32,000 nt of DNA from NCBI GenBank assembly GCA_026387835.1, contig JAPLKZ010000010.1:146379-178378 (forward strand). The letters are read 5' to 3'. This stretch comes from Candidatus Saganbacteria bacterium. Its GTDB lineage: Bacteria; Margulisbacteria; WOR-1; JAKLHX01. Both the position numbers and the translations under genes were made by a program. A model generated the notes under the pieces. It was not told where the DNA came from. It saw nothing but the letters and a program-made list of their open reading frames with translations, and made no database searches. This document shows, in pieces, positions 1-8,499 of this stretch. Within the stretch, counting starts at the first letter, position 1, and each line of letters begins with the position of its first letter.

Positions 1-300
1 GTCTTTGATCTTGATCTCCGCACCGAGCTCTTTAAGTATGTAATACAGTATCAGCCTTGCTCCCGCCTCGTCCGCGCTCCGCCCAGATATTTTATCCTTG
101 TCTCCTGCCAGCAGTATCGCGCAGGCTTTTTCATAGTCCATCTTTCTCAGCTCTTCGGCGGGGATCTTTGTCCTGATCTGCCTTAAAAGTATTTTGTACG
201 CTTGGATCTCCTGCTGGGTAAAAAGCGGCTTGCCCTGCTCTGTGCTGCCGGTTGCTGCCGGAGCTTGTGAATTATTAACCGCAGCTGCCTGCTGTGCCAT
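1..300 (-). CDS. hypothetical protein, C-terminus truncated by the window edge
   Basis: Reverse-strand frame open from ATG at 300 to the window edge: MAQQAAAVNNSQAPAATGSTEQGKPLFTQQEIQAYKILLRQIRTKIPAEELRKMDYEKACAILLAGDKDK...; it starts just downstream of the 848-aa ORF on the same strand. No family recognised. Confidence 0.65.
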   Translation of the reverse strand, partial: MAQQAAAVNNSQAPAATGSTEQGKPLFTQQEIQAYKILLRQIRTKIPAEELRKMDYEKACAILLAGDKDKISGRSADEAGARLILYYILKELGAEIKIKD

Positions 301-312
301 TTTCAGCTCCTA

Positions 313-2859
313 TCAGTCGACGTTTACTCCGAGCTTTGCAGCATATTTCTTTCCTGGATCTGTGAGCTGACCTCTCTTGGCTATTTCTTGAAGTATTGCT
401 CTATAATCACTTAATGTTTTGTCTTCGCTCTTTAATTCTTCAAGGACCGCCGTTGCGGACGACTCGGCATTTTCATCAGTTAATTGATCTGTTGTTATTT
501 TAACGAACTTATTTCTTTTAATTACTAGCATTTTTGCAAATGTTGTCCCGCTCTCATCTTTCAGCATCTTGTCGGCAATTGCCTTAGAACCTTTATCTCC
601 TTCTTTAGCAGCTCCTGCTTGTGGAGCACCCGCACCTGCAGCGGGTGGCATCACTACGGCCGGACCTGTTGCCGGTTTCTGTTGCGTGCCACTTTTTGCC
701 ACATCACTGGCTGTTTTCTTATTTTTGTTTGCTCTTTCCAGCAATACCTTTGGCGGCAATTTTTGCGTGAAATCAAATGCCGAATATCCCCTTACTCCTT
801 CAGCCTCATCTTTTGCGGAATATTCTTTCACTTTTTCAGCCATCCATTCTTTCACCATCTTGTCCTTTTCATATTCGCTGACAGTTATATATCTTGGGGC
901 AGGGCTTTCAAATGTTGCTTCAACTATCATTTTGTCATCGGCAGACAGGCTCTTTTTCTCGGCTGTCTTTGTTACTTTATACAGATAACCTCCGTTTGTG
1001 CCATGCAACTCAAACTTTACATTTTCAGATGAAACCGATTGCTGCTTGAATATTTCCCCAAGCAACTGTCTTGGCGTTGAATCATCCTCTATGCATTTCC
1101 CGCTCGCATTTACAATAAAGTATCTTTCGCCCTGTTTTATGATTGTTTTTTTAGGGGCCTTCTCCATTCTTTCCCCCGTATCACTCAGGGTCTCAGCGTT
1201 ATATTCTTCAAGGACAACTTCAACCGTCTCCCTCTCATATTTCCCCTTCTTGATTCTTTCGTCAACTTTTGCTTCCGAGAACCTTTCGCTGTCAATAGCA
1301 TATAATTTCCCAAATACATCGACGGGCTTTGTCCTGTCATCGCTCGGACTGATCAGTCCCTCTTTTACCGTTATCTGGCTCTCAATAAATTTGTTATTTA
1401 TTAACTTCTTTATCAGATCCGGCAAGCTGCAAGTGCTGTTGTCCGCACTATAAGTTTGTCCGTTTAATTTGGAAATATTACTGTTTGTTTTTATTTCGCC
1501 TTCAGTACGGGTCGCGATCTGTTTTGCCGCATCTCCTTCCATTTCATATCCAAACGCTCTGACTTCTCCCGCCTTCTTGCTTTCTTTCCCTTTATCGTCC
1601 TTCTTTTGTATTTCAACCTTTTTATCCAATACTTTTTTGAGCCACGCTTGTAAACTTTTCCCCGCTTCAGGCCCCACATCTTCTGTCTTCAGCACCGGCA
1701 GCTCATCACTTTTCTTGATACCAAAATAACCTTCGATGAACTTGCTGTCGAGGTCTTTGCCAAAATATGACGCGAACACAAAACCTTTGAGGACAGATTG
1801 TTTTTGTTTAATATCGGCTAGATCGCTATAACTCTTTGCAGTGGTGTAATATGTCCGCGCAATAGGATCGAGCATGCTTCCAAGTCCTGCTGTTGAAACA
1901 TTTGATGTTGTTCCAAATGCCCAGCTTCTGATCGCATCGGCATTGTTTATTTGGGCAAGCGTTAAACTCCCGATAGTATCATGGCATTTTTTTATTGCGG
2001 CCACATCTGCCACAGTAAGCTCCCTGAAGGTCACCCCGGATTCGTTCCACTGCTTTGCGGTCGAAAGATATAATTCGCTCATATTGCCGGACGTTCTTCC
2101 GGACATATTAACGAACCATTGCACCCTTGCCCAGAATATCTGGAGTTCGTCCAGGGTGATTATTCCGTCAGCATTTCCGCCATTAAGGTTTACCATATCG
2201 ATAAGCCTGCCTAAGTCTGCATTTTTGAATTCTATTCCAAGATTTTTTAGATCGGCTATTTTTATTCCTTTAGAAATATCTAAGTCCTGCTTCTGTTTAT
2301 TTCCGTTGATAATGATTTCGATCTTACCACCGTTCACTTTCAATTCGGTTTTAGTTATGGTTTTCCCTAGTAATTTAGGCTTTGTTGTAGTAAACTCGGC
2401 TCCATTTCCTTTTTTCGTACCACCAATCGTTTCAAATAATTTGATCAACGCTTCATCCGTGCTAAGTGTGCTGTTGGCCGCAGTTAATGGCTTTGGTTCT
2501 GCAATGGGTTTATCGGCCGGTTTCGGTCCTGATTTCGGTGCCGGTACTGGTTTGGGGTTCTCCGTTGTTGACGTAGGTGTTGCTACAGGGTTTGGTGTTG
2601 GACCAGATATTTGAACCTCACCATTAACTACTTTAATTGGCACTCCTTTTTTTATTGCTTCTTCAATACCTCTATTGATCTCCGCTTGGCTGAATGTTTT
2701 ATTGTTATCAGTATCTTTAATGAATGCTCTTGCTCTTTCCAAAACACTTGGAATAGCTTTGAGCTCTTTGTTGCCTTTTACATCTACAATATTTTGTTGA
2801 TCCACTTTTAGTTTCGCTTTTGCACCACCGACTGTTATTTCAAAATCTATACTTGCCAT
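313..2859 (-). CDS. large hypothetical protein with an EF-hand-like calcium-binding loop
   Basis: 848-aa ORF. Residues 49-60 DTDNNKTFSQAE match the EF-hand 12-residue loop; there is a second divergent site, NLNGGNADGIITLDE. Pro/Ala-rich linkers. No signal peptide seen. Confidence 0.85.
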   Translation of the reverse strand: MASIDFEITVGGAKAKLKVDQQNIVDVKGNKELKAIPSVLERARAFIKDTDNNKTFSQAEINRGIEEAIKKGVPIKVVNGEVQISGPTPNPVATPTSTTENPKPVPAPKSGPKPADKPIAEPKPLTAANSTLSTDEALIKLFETIGGTKKGNGAEFTTTKPKLLGKTITKTELKVNGGKIEIIINGNKQKQDLDISKGIKIADLKNLGIEFKNADLGRLIDMVNLNGGNADGIITLDELQIFWARVQWFVNMSGRTSGNMSELYLSTAKQWNESGVTFRELTVADVAAIKKCHDTIGSLTLAQINNADAIRSWAFGTTSNVSTAGLGSMLDPIARTYYTTAKSYSDLADIKQKQSVLKGFVFASYFGKDLDSKFIEGYFGIKKSDELPVLKTEDVGPEAGKSLQAWLKKVLDKKVEIQKKDDKGKESKKAGEVRAFGYEMEGDAAKQIATRTEGEIKTNSNISKLNGQTYSADNSTCSLPDLIKKLINNKFIESQITVKEGLISPSDDRTKPVDVFGKLYAIDSERFSEAKVDERIKKGKYERETVEVVLEEYNAETLSDTGERMEKAPKKTIIKQGERYFIVNASGKCIEDDSTPRQLLGEIFKQQSVSSENVKFELHGTNGGYLYKVTKTAEKKSLSADDKMIVEATFESPAPRYITVSEYEKDKMVKEWMAEKVKEYSAKDEAEGVRGYSAFDFTQKLPPKVLLERANKNKKTASDVAKSGTQQKPATGPAVVMPPAAGAGAPQAGAAKEGDKGSKAIADKMLKDESGTTFAKMLVIKRNKFVKITTDQLTDENAESSATAVLEELKSEDKTLSDYRAILQEIAKRGQLTDPGKKYAAKLGVNVD

Positions 2860-2918
2860 TTTACTCTCCCCCTTTCGTATTTCCTGATCTGTATTTGTTC
2901 ATTTTTATAACCTTTCTC

Positions 2919-3515
2919 CTAGTTCATATTCAGCTCGTACTCAATCTCCATTTCCTGCGAATCGGAAAGCCCTAAGCCTGAATCCACATATTCTGAGCCG
3001 TAAGCCGTAAGCTGTAAGCCGTAAGCATTTGAGGAATCATGTATCCTCACGGTATTTGTCATATCCATGCCTTTGTTTAGATCCAAAGCATAAAGCTCAT
3101 AATTTAAAACGGAATTCATTGTTTTCATCTCTGAGCTCAAAATACTGCCAAAACTCTTTTGAATGCTGCATCTTGGATCCAGGATTTCCCCGCCTCCAGC
3201 GGGTCCATCCCCCTCTATGTATATATCGTCAATTTTTGGCTCAAATCCCATGGTTTCTTTAATGCAAAACTTGCCGTTATGCTGGCTTTTTATCTCGCGC
3301 TCCAGTATATGCTCAAAATCGCTGTAACTCGGCTCTCCTGCCCTTGCCGGGGTATTTTCCCGCTTTAAGTCTTCTTCCTCGTGTCCGATGTTTTCGCACA
3401 TATTACACCTCTTTCCTATGGCCCATTTTAGACAGCTGCCTGCAGCTGTTAAGAAGCACATTAGAAGGGGTGACAAGCCTGTTGTTGATTGCCACCCCAT
3501 GTAATATGCTTCCAC
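2919..3515 (-). CDS. hypothetical protein (start uncertain; GTG at 3515, or ATG at 3461 or 3401)
   Basis: 198-aa ORF between the two EF-hand-like ORFs on the same strand. No recognised domain. The coding sequence contains a heptanucleotide tandem repeat. Confidence 0.5.
   Translation of the reverse strand: MEAYYMGWQSTTGLSPLLMCFLTAAGSCLKWAIGKRCNMCENIGHEEEDLKRENTPARAGEPSYSDFEHILEREIKSQHNGKFCIKETMGFEPKIDDIYIEGDGPAGGGEILDPRCSIQKSFGSILSSEMKTMNSVLNYELYALDLNKGMDMTNTVRIHDSSNAYGLQLTAYGSEYVDSGLGLSDSQEMEIEYELNMN
2997..3024. repeat. heptanucleotide tandem repeat (x4)
   Basis: GCCGTAA GCCGTAA GCTGTAA GCCGTAA within the 198-aa ORF. Confidence 0.8.
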
Positions 3516-3676
3516 TCAACTTTGTCATATTGTTCATTGAATTCCGCCCCCTGCTTGTCCCGCGAAGCTGCGGAGCATGGCGACGGAGCGAAGCGGGATA
3601 AAAGGCCATAAAAATACCGGAGCCCCCAAATAAAACATCTGAGGGTCCGGTTATACAAAAAAAAAAAAAAAATAAT

Positions 3677-3704
3677 TCAAGTCCAACAGGCAAGTCCTTG
3701 ATCA
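3677..3704. repeat. second, shorter copy of the same element without the inner palindrome
   Basis: TCAAGTCCAACAGGC-AAGTCCTTGATCA aligns with TCGAATCCAACAGGC[19 nt]AAACCTTCGATAA at 3728-3774. Confidence 0.6.
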
Positions 3705-3725
3705 TTTTCTTTCCTTATACAAAAA

Positions 3726-3773
3726 TATCGAATCCAACAGGCCTGCCTGCAGCAGGCAGGCAAACCTTCGATA
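3726..3773. repeat. nested palindromic element: outer arms TATCGAA/TTCGATA, inner hairpin GCCTGCCTG-CAG-CAGGCAGGC
   Basis: Inner arms 3741-3749 and 3753-3761 are perfect 9-bp reverse complements; outer arms 3726-3732 and 3767-3773 are perfect 7-bp reverse complements. Confidence 0.75.
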
Positions 3774-3864
3774 ACTGACGCTCTTTGACGTTCTATATTT
3801 CTATCGGGTTTTGGGGGTCCAAACTTGCATGGGAAAAGGGGGTTGCGGTCCGCGGTTCGTAGTC

Positions 3865-3902
3865 AGCGGATGGCAGCTGTTTTGACCCGCCTGCCATCCG
3901 CT
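3865..3902 (-). terminator. possible 3' hairpin downstream of the 601-aa ORF (no clear U-tract)
   Basis: Perfect 12-bp inverted repeat AGCGGATGGCAG ... CTGCCATCCGCT with a 14-nt loop, 17 nt past the stop codon at 3919. Confidence 0.4.
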
Positions 3903-3918
3903 CGGCTATAAACTGTGC

Positions 3919-5724
3919 TTATTTTGCCGTATCTATATCGATCCGGTTTGATATATCGAATTCGTCGTTATTTATAAGGTAAATCGTGTATTTTTTACCC
4001 GGTTCCAGTTTCGAAACACCTATTGTCCCGTCTTTATCATTCACGTTTACGACTGTGGTATTTACAACGGCGTTGTCCGTCACTATCTTAACGCTATATT
4101 TGGCCCTCTCTTTGGGAGCCGCGAAATTGATCACGGCAGAATCTCTGGTGATCTTATTTTTAAGATACCCCAAAGTACCGGTCCTATTCGTGATAGCGCC
4201 GGCAGGAATAACGACCGGGCTTGCTTCCGGTTTTGGCGCCGGAGGGGGAGCATTTTTTTTTGCCAGGGCCGCAGCTTGTTCCGCCTTTTTCCTGGTATCC
4301 GCTATTTTCGCTTCATCTTTCGCTTTTTTTGCGGCATCCGCTGCTTTTTGCGCCAGGAGCGCAGCTTGTTCCGCCTTCTTTTTGTCAGCAATTTTTTTTG
4401 CCGCATCCGCTGCTTTTTTTGCCGCATCCTCCGCTATTTTTGCGGCATCGTTTGCTTTAATTCTCTCTGAAATAATCTTTATGCCGCCTTCCGCAGCGTT
4501 CTTTTCCTCTTCCGTAGTCAGATACCCGGATCTAGCGAGCTCTACGACCAAAGGCAGGATCTTTTTATCCTTGTTCTCGTCGAGTTCCTCGGAATTCAGG
4601 ACCGCTTCCAGCTTCTTATTATTTGCATCAAGCTTTGCCTGTATTTGAGCCGCTTTTGTTAATTCCGACTGGGCTACCTGTTCTTTTTTGCCGGTTTCAT
4701 TCAGATCTTTATTTAGTTTTTCAAATATCTCCGATATACATCCCATAATATTTGGCGCAAACCTTTTTGCGTTTTCATAAGGCATTCTGGTACTTTCAAA
4801 CCATTTGGATTTTAGTTCATAGAACCTTGCATTTAATACCTGATCTGCCTGTTTCTGGATATCATCACTTATCCTTTTCACGTTCGCGATAACTTCCTTT
4901 TTAAGACCAACAAGCTCCTGGATATTTTTAGCAGCGTGCACTTTTTCTGATATTCCGGTGACAAATGCTTTCATAAGATCCGCCTTGTCCGGCCAACATT
5001 TTGTGAGGTCTACATAAACCGATAGCTTCGCAATTAAGTCCCTTTTTGCCGTCTCAAGAAGTTTTGCGTTTGATGCGGCATTTTCGGCTTTTACCTGCTC
5101 GAGATTTATTTCCGCTTTTTCTGCCTTGTCTGAGGCAGCATTTGCCGCATCTTCAAAAAGCCTCGTTTCATCATACCGGTTGATGATTATTTCAAGTTTT
5201 TTTCCGTCTTCTGTCACGCGACATACTCTGTTTAATCTTTCAATGGTTACCTGCGGATCTTTTTTATTCTTTTCCGATTCTTCAACGATCCATTCCATAA
5301 AACTCGGACAATGTACGCTCCGGCCTTTTAATATTACGTCGGTGGCCGGCCTTCCGGAAGATGTCAGATAAGGCATTAATTCCGACAACTGCAATTTCCC
5401 GTCTCCGTTTCGGTCCGGCACCCTTAGCGTTCTACTGATAAATATTTGAGGCACCTTTTCGCCATTTTCGCCATTTGACCTGATAATTACATTTGTCGAT
5501 TTTTTGATGGTTACCTGCGGATCTTTTTGGGTCATTTCCGGTTGTTCAACGGTACAGTCTGTAATGCCCAGCTTAACCTTATGACTTTTTAATATCAAAT
5601 CAATAACCGGCCTGTCGCAAGGAGACTTCAGATCGGGCATTATTTCCCGCAATTGTATTTTCCCGTCTTTGTTTAGATCCGGCACCGATAGTCCTCTACT
5701 GATAGTAACCTCTATGTCTGCCAT
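3919..5724 (-). CDS. hypothetical protein with duplicated EF-hand-containing N-terminal module and Ala/Lys-rich coiled-coil region
   Basis: 601-aa ORF. Canonical EF-hand loops DLNKDGKIQLRE and DRNGDGKLQLSE in a tandem ~88-aa unit (residues 8-95 and 96-183); long AADAAKKAADAAKK-type helical segment; beta-rich C-terminus. Confidence 0.85.
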   Translation of the reverse strand: MADIEVTISRGLSVPDLNKDGKIQLREIMPDLKSPCDRPVIDLILKSHKVKLGITDCTVEQPEMTQKDPQVTIKKSTNVIIRSNGENGEKVPQIFISRTLRVPDRNGDGKLQLSELMPYLTSSGRPATDVILKGRSVHCPSFMEWIVEESEKNKKDPQVTIERLNRVCRVTEDGKKLEIIINRYDETRLFEDAANAASDKAEKAEINLEQVKAENAASNAKLLETAKRDLIAKLSVYVDLTKCWPDKADLMKAFVTGISEKVHAAKNIQELVGLKKEVIANVKRISDDIQKQADQVLNARFYELKSKWFESTRMPYENAKRFAPNIMGCISEIFEKLNKDLNETGKKEQVAQSELTKAAQIQAKLDANNKKLEAVLNSEELDENKDKKILPLVVELARSGYLTTEEEKNAAEGGIKIISERIKANDAAKIAEDAAKKAADAAKKIADKKKAEQAALLAQKAADAAKKAKDEAKIADTRKKAEQAAALAKKNAPPPAPKPEASPVVIPAGAITNRTGTLGYLKNKITRDSAVINFAAPKERAKYSVKIVTDNAVVNTTVVNVNDKDGTIGVSKLEPGKKYTIYLINNDEFDISNRIDIDTAK

Positions 5725-5849
5725 TAAAAAATACCTCCTGTAACAGTAAATACCCCTCTAATTATCTATCGTCGGTTTTGTATGCGAATTTCACGCGGTC
5801 ATCCGGCGAAAGGGGCTGATCGGGAACCGGGAGGATCATCGAATTTATC

Positions 5850-5957
5850 TTACAGCTCTTCTTCCTTCTCCGTGAAAACTTTGTAGAAGCAGAAAAGCGT
5901 CAGGCCGATGATGGCGGCCCACGAGGCGGTCAGAAATATCCAGCCGTAAAAGTTCAT
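5850..5957 (-). CDS. small membrane protein, MetS-like NSS transporter subunit
   Basis: 35-aa peptide MNFYGWIFLTASWAAIIGLTLFCFYKVFTEKEEEL: one hydrophobic helix and an acidic tail. Its ATG overlaps the transporter stop codon (ATGA, 5957-5954). Confidence 0.75.
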   Translation of the reverse strand: MNFYGWIFLTASWAAIIGLTLFCFYKVFTEKEEEL

Positions 5958-7501
5958 CGGTTTCCCCTCTTTTTCCAGGCGGTCCTGACAAGTAATGCCA
6001 GCCCGATGAAAAGCGCGACAAGCCCGGCCCTTGTCCATAGGACATATGGCACGTTCGCGGGACTTATATCCTTCATTGTCATCACAGAGATCCCCTGCTG
6101 GAACAGCCATGATGTTAGGATCGCGATAAGGAACAGCGGGGTGACATATTTTATGATCCATTTATAAATTTTCGGGATCTGCAGCTGCGCGCCGTGATGT
6201 ATCTCGTCCCAGGCTTTATCTATCCCGAATACCCACGCGAACAGCACCGCCTCGATAGTGCCGAACAGGACAAGGCAGAACGTGCCTCCCCAAAAATCCA
6301 GTTCGTCGACCACTCCGTTCCCCAAAAAGAATATCGCCGGCTGGCAGAGAAGGAATGAGGTCACGGATACGATGAGCGCGGCTTTTTTCCTGTCAAAGCC
6401 GAAATCATCTTTGACAAATGCGACCGCGGGCTCGATAAGCGATACGGATGATGTTATCCCCGCAAGGAAAAGCAAGCTAAACCATAGGAAAGCAAAGAAC
6501 GCGCCGAGCGATATTTTTGAAAAGATTAAAGGCATAGTCACAAACCCGAGATTATAGGCCCCGCTGGAAGCGATGTCCTTTACGCCTGCCGGACCGAAGA
6601 ACATAAAAGCGAGCGGAATGACTATGCTCCCACCGAGTATCACCTCGGCAAATTCGTTCGTCGCCGCCGCGGAAAGCCCCGACAGCGCGACATCGTCCCC
6701 CCTTTTCAGGTAGCTCGCGTAGGTCAGGATCACGCCTATTCCCACGCTCAAAGTGAAAAAGATCTGTCCCGCGGCCGCAAGCCAGGTCTTCGCGTTAAGC
6801 AGGGCGCTGAAATCCGGGTTCCACAAATACCCGAGCCCGTTGATGACGTTAAGTTCCGGATGCGACATGTCTGGAGCGCCGAGCGTCAGGACCCTGACAA
6901 CGATCACTATCGCCGCGATAAAAAGGGCCGGCATCGCTATCTTGCAAAGAAGCTCGATACCTTTTGAGACGCCGCGGTAAATGATCCACATGTTGATGGC
7001 AAAGGTCATTAAAAAGAAAATATATGCGTCTTTTATTCCGCAAAAATATTGGTTTGACGCGAGCCCCTGATAGCCGGACAAGAACTGCGCCATGTGGGCC
7101 TTATCGTGGATGGATGTAAGTACTCCGGTCAGCGAATAGAACGCGTACCCAAGCAGCCAGGACTCTATATAAGTGTAATAAATAAAGATCACGAGCGGTC
7201 CGAATATCCCTATCACGCCAAAATATTTGACGAAGCGGTTTTCCCACAGCCGGTTAAACATCCCCGGCGCCGTCGAATGGCCATGGACCCCGCCGAAACG
7301 GCCTATCGCCCACTCTATCCACATCAGGGGGATCCCCAGCAGTACCAGCGAGATAAAATACGGGATCATGAACGCGCCGCCGCCGTTGTTTGCCGCCTGT
7401 ACCGGGAACCTTAAAAAGTTCCCAAGGCCGACCACTGAACCCGCGACAGCCATTATTATGCCGATCTTTGATCCCCATGCGTCTTTTTTTGTCTCCGCCA
7501 T
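5954..7501 (-). CDS. neurotransmitter:sodium symporter (NSS/SNF) family transporter
   Basis: 515 aa; N-terminal signature WGSKIGIIMAVAGSVVGLGNFLRFPVQAANNGGGAFMIPYF and multiple hydrophobic segments typical of the SNF family. Confidence 0.95.
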   Translation of the reverse strand: MAETKKDAWGSKIGIIMAVAGSVVGLGNFLRFPVQAANNGGGAFMIPYFISLVLLGIPLMWIEWAIGRFGGVHGHSTAPGMFNRLWENRFVKYFGVIGIFGPLVIFIYYTYIESWLLGYAFYSLTGVLTSIHDKAHMAQFLSGYQGLASNQYFCGIKDAYIFFLMTFAINMWIIYRGVSKGIELLCKIAMPALFIAAIVIVVRVLTLGAPDMSHPELNVINGLGYLWNPDFSALLNAKTWLAAAGQIFFTLSVGIGVILTYASYLKRGDDVALSGLSAAATNEFAEVILGGSIVIPLAFMFFGPAGVKDIASSGAYNLGFVTMPLIFSKISLGAFFAFLWFSLLFLAGITSSVSLIEPAVAFVKDDFGFDRKKAALIVSVTSFLLCQPAIFFLGNGVVDELDFWGGTFCLVLFGTIEAVLFAWVFGIDKAWDEIHHGAQLQIPKIYKWIIKYVTPLFLIAILTSWLFQQGISVMTMKDISPANVPYVLWTRAGLVALFIGLALLVRTAWKKRGNR

Positions 7502-7563
7502 TTGTAAATATGTTAAATGGAAAAAACGCCCGGGTCAAGATGCCTGCCGGCCCGCCATCCGAT

Positions 7564-8472
7564 ATGCTAAAATATTTTCCAATGGATATTCCGCAGTTCC
7601 CCGGCTTTAAGCCCCTTAAAAAAGAAGACAAGCCCGTCTTTGAAGAGTATTATTCCAAAAGGCCCCTGGAGATGTCCGATTATACTTTCACGAATTTCTT
7701 CATCTGGCGCCTTGCGGATAACACAGAGCTCACGCTCGTGAACGGCAATCTTTGCGCTTATGTCACCGCCCCCGACAGAAAACGCTATTTCATGATGCCG
7801 CTCGGGGAGAACAAAATGGAAGACACGCTTATGAAATGCCTTTCAACGGGGACTGCCGTGATAAGAACCAATAAATATTTTGTTGACAGATACATAAGGA
7901 AAAATCCCGCTTTCAAGGCGGAGGAAGACCGCGACAATTTTGACTACATATATTTGGCAAAAGACCTTATGGAGCTTAAAGGGAAAAAATACGACGGCAA
8001 AAGGAACCATATCAACAGTTTTCTGAAATCCGGTTCTTTTGAATATGAAGACATGGACAGCGTCCATATCGGGGAATGCATCGCGCTTAACGAAAAATGG
8101 TGCCTCGGGAAAAAAAGAGAATCGGAAGAGTTCCCGAATATCGAGTGTGAAGGAGCGGTCGTAAAAGAAGCCCTGCTCAACTTCAAATTCCTCGGTCTGA
8201 AGGGAGGGGTCATAAAGATCAACGGCAGGATAAAGGCTTTCAGCCTCGGGGAGAGGCTGAACGATGACACGGCCGCTATTCACATAGAAAAAGCAGACCC
8301 GGCCATCAGGGGATTGTCGCAATTGATAAACAGGGAATTCGCACGGAACGCGTGGAGTTCCTTTACATTTATAAACCGCGAGCAGGACATGGGGCACGCG
8401 GGGCTTCGCAAGGCCAAGCTCAGTTATCACCCTGTGAAGATGGTAAGCAAGTTCAATATTACCCTGATGTGA
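7564..8472 (+). CDS. DUF2156 / phosphatidylglycerol lysyltransferase C-terminal-like domain protein
   Basis: Within the 7390-8472 ORF. MSDYTFTNFFIWR...; C-terminal FINREQDMGHAGLRKAKLSYHPVKMV is typical of DUF2156. ATG at 7564 or 7582 is more plausible than 7390, which overlaps the divergent NSS gene. Confidence 0.8.
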   Translation: MLKYFPMDIPQFPGFKPLKKEDKPVFEEYYSKRPLEMSDYTFTNFFIWRLADNTELTLVNGNLCAYVTAPDRKRYFMMPLGENKMEDTLMKCLSTGTAVIRTNKYFVDRYIRKNPAFKAEEDRDNFDYIYLAKDLMELKGKKYDGKRNHINSFLKSGSFEYEDMDSVHIGECIALNEKWCLGKKRESEEFPNIECEGAVVKEALLNFKFLGLKGGVIKINGRIKAFSLGERLNDDTAAIHIEKADPAIRGLSQLINREFARNAWSSFTFINREQDMGHAGLRKAKLSYHPVKMVSKFNITLM

Positions 8473-8499
8473 TAAAATAACCTATAAAGGAGACAATCA

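Noticed and set aside
1874-2614. 246-aa plus-strand ORF
   Set aside because: Lies wholly opposite the 848-aa ORF; composition looks like the antisense of a Lys/Glu/Asp-rich coding sequence and has no domain.
3403-3705. 100-aa minus-strand ORF running through the poly-A tract
   Set aside because: The FFFFFF segment comes from the 16-nt A-run and the rest is repeat DNA; it overlaps the 198-aa ORF in another frame.
3986-4648. 220-aa plus-strand ORF rich in Phe/Ala/Ser
   Set aside because: Mirror of the AAK-repeat coiled coil in the 601-aa gene; low-complexity antisense artefact.
5845-6161. 66-aa and 103-aa minus-strand ORFs
   Set aside because: The N-terminal part of the 103-aa ORF overlaps the NSS 3' end; only the last 35 aa (5850-5957) look genuine.
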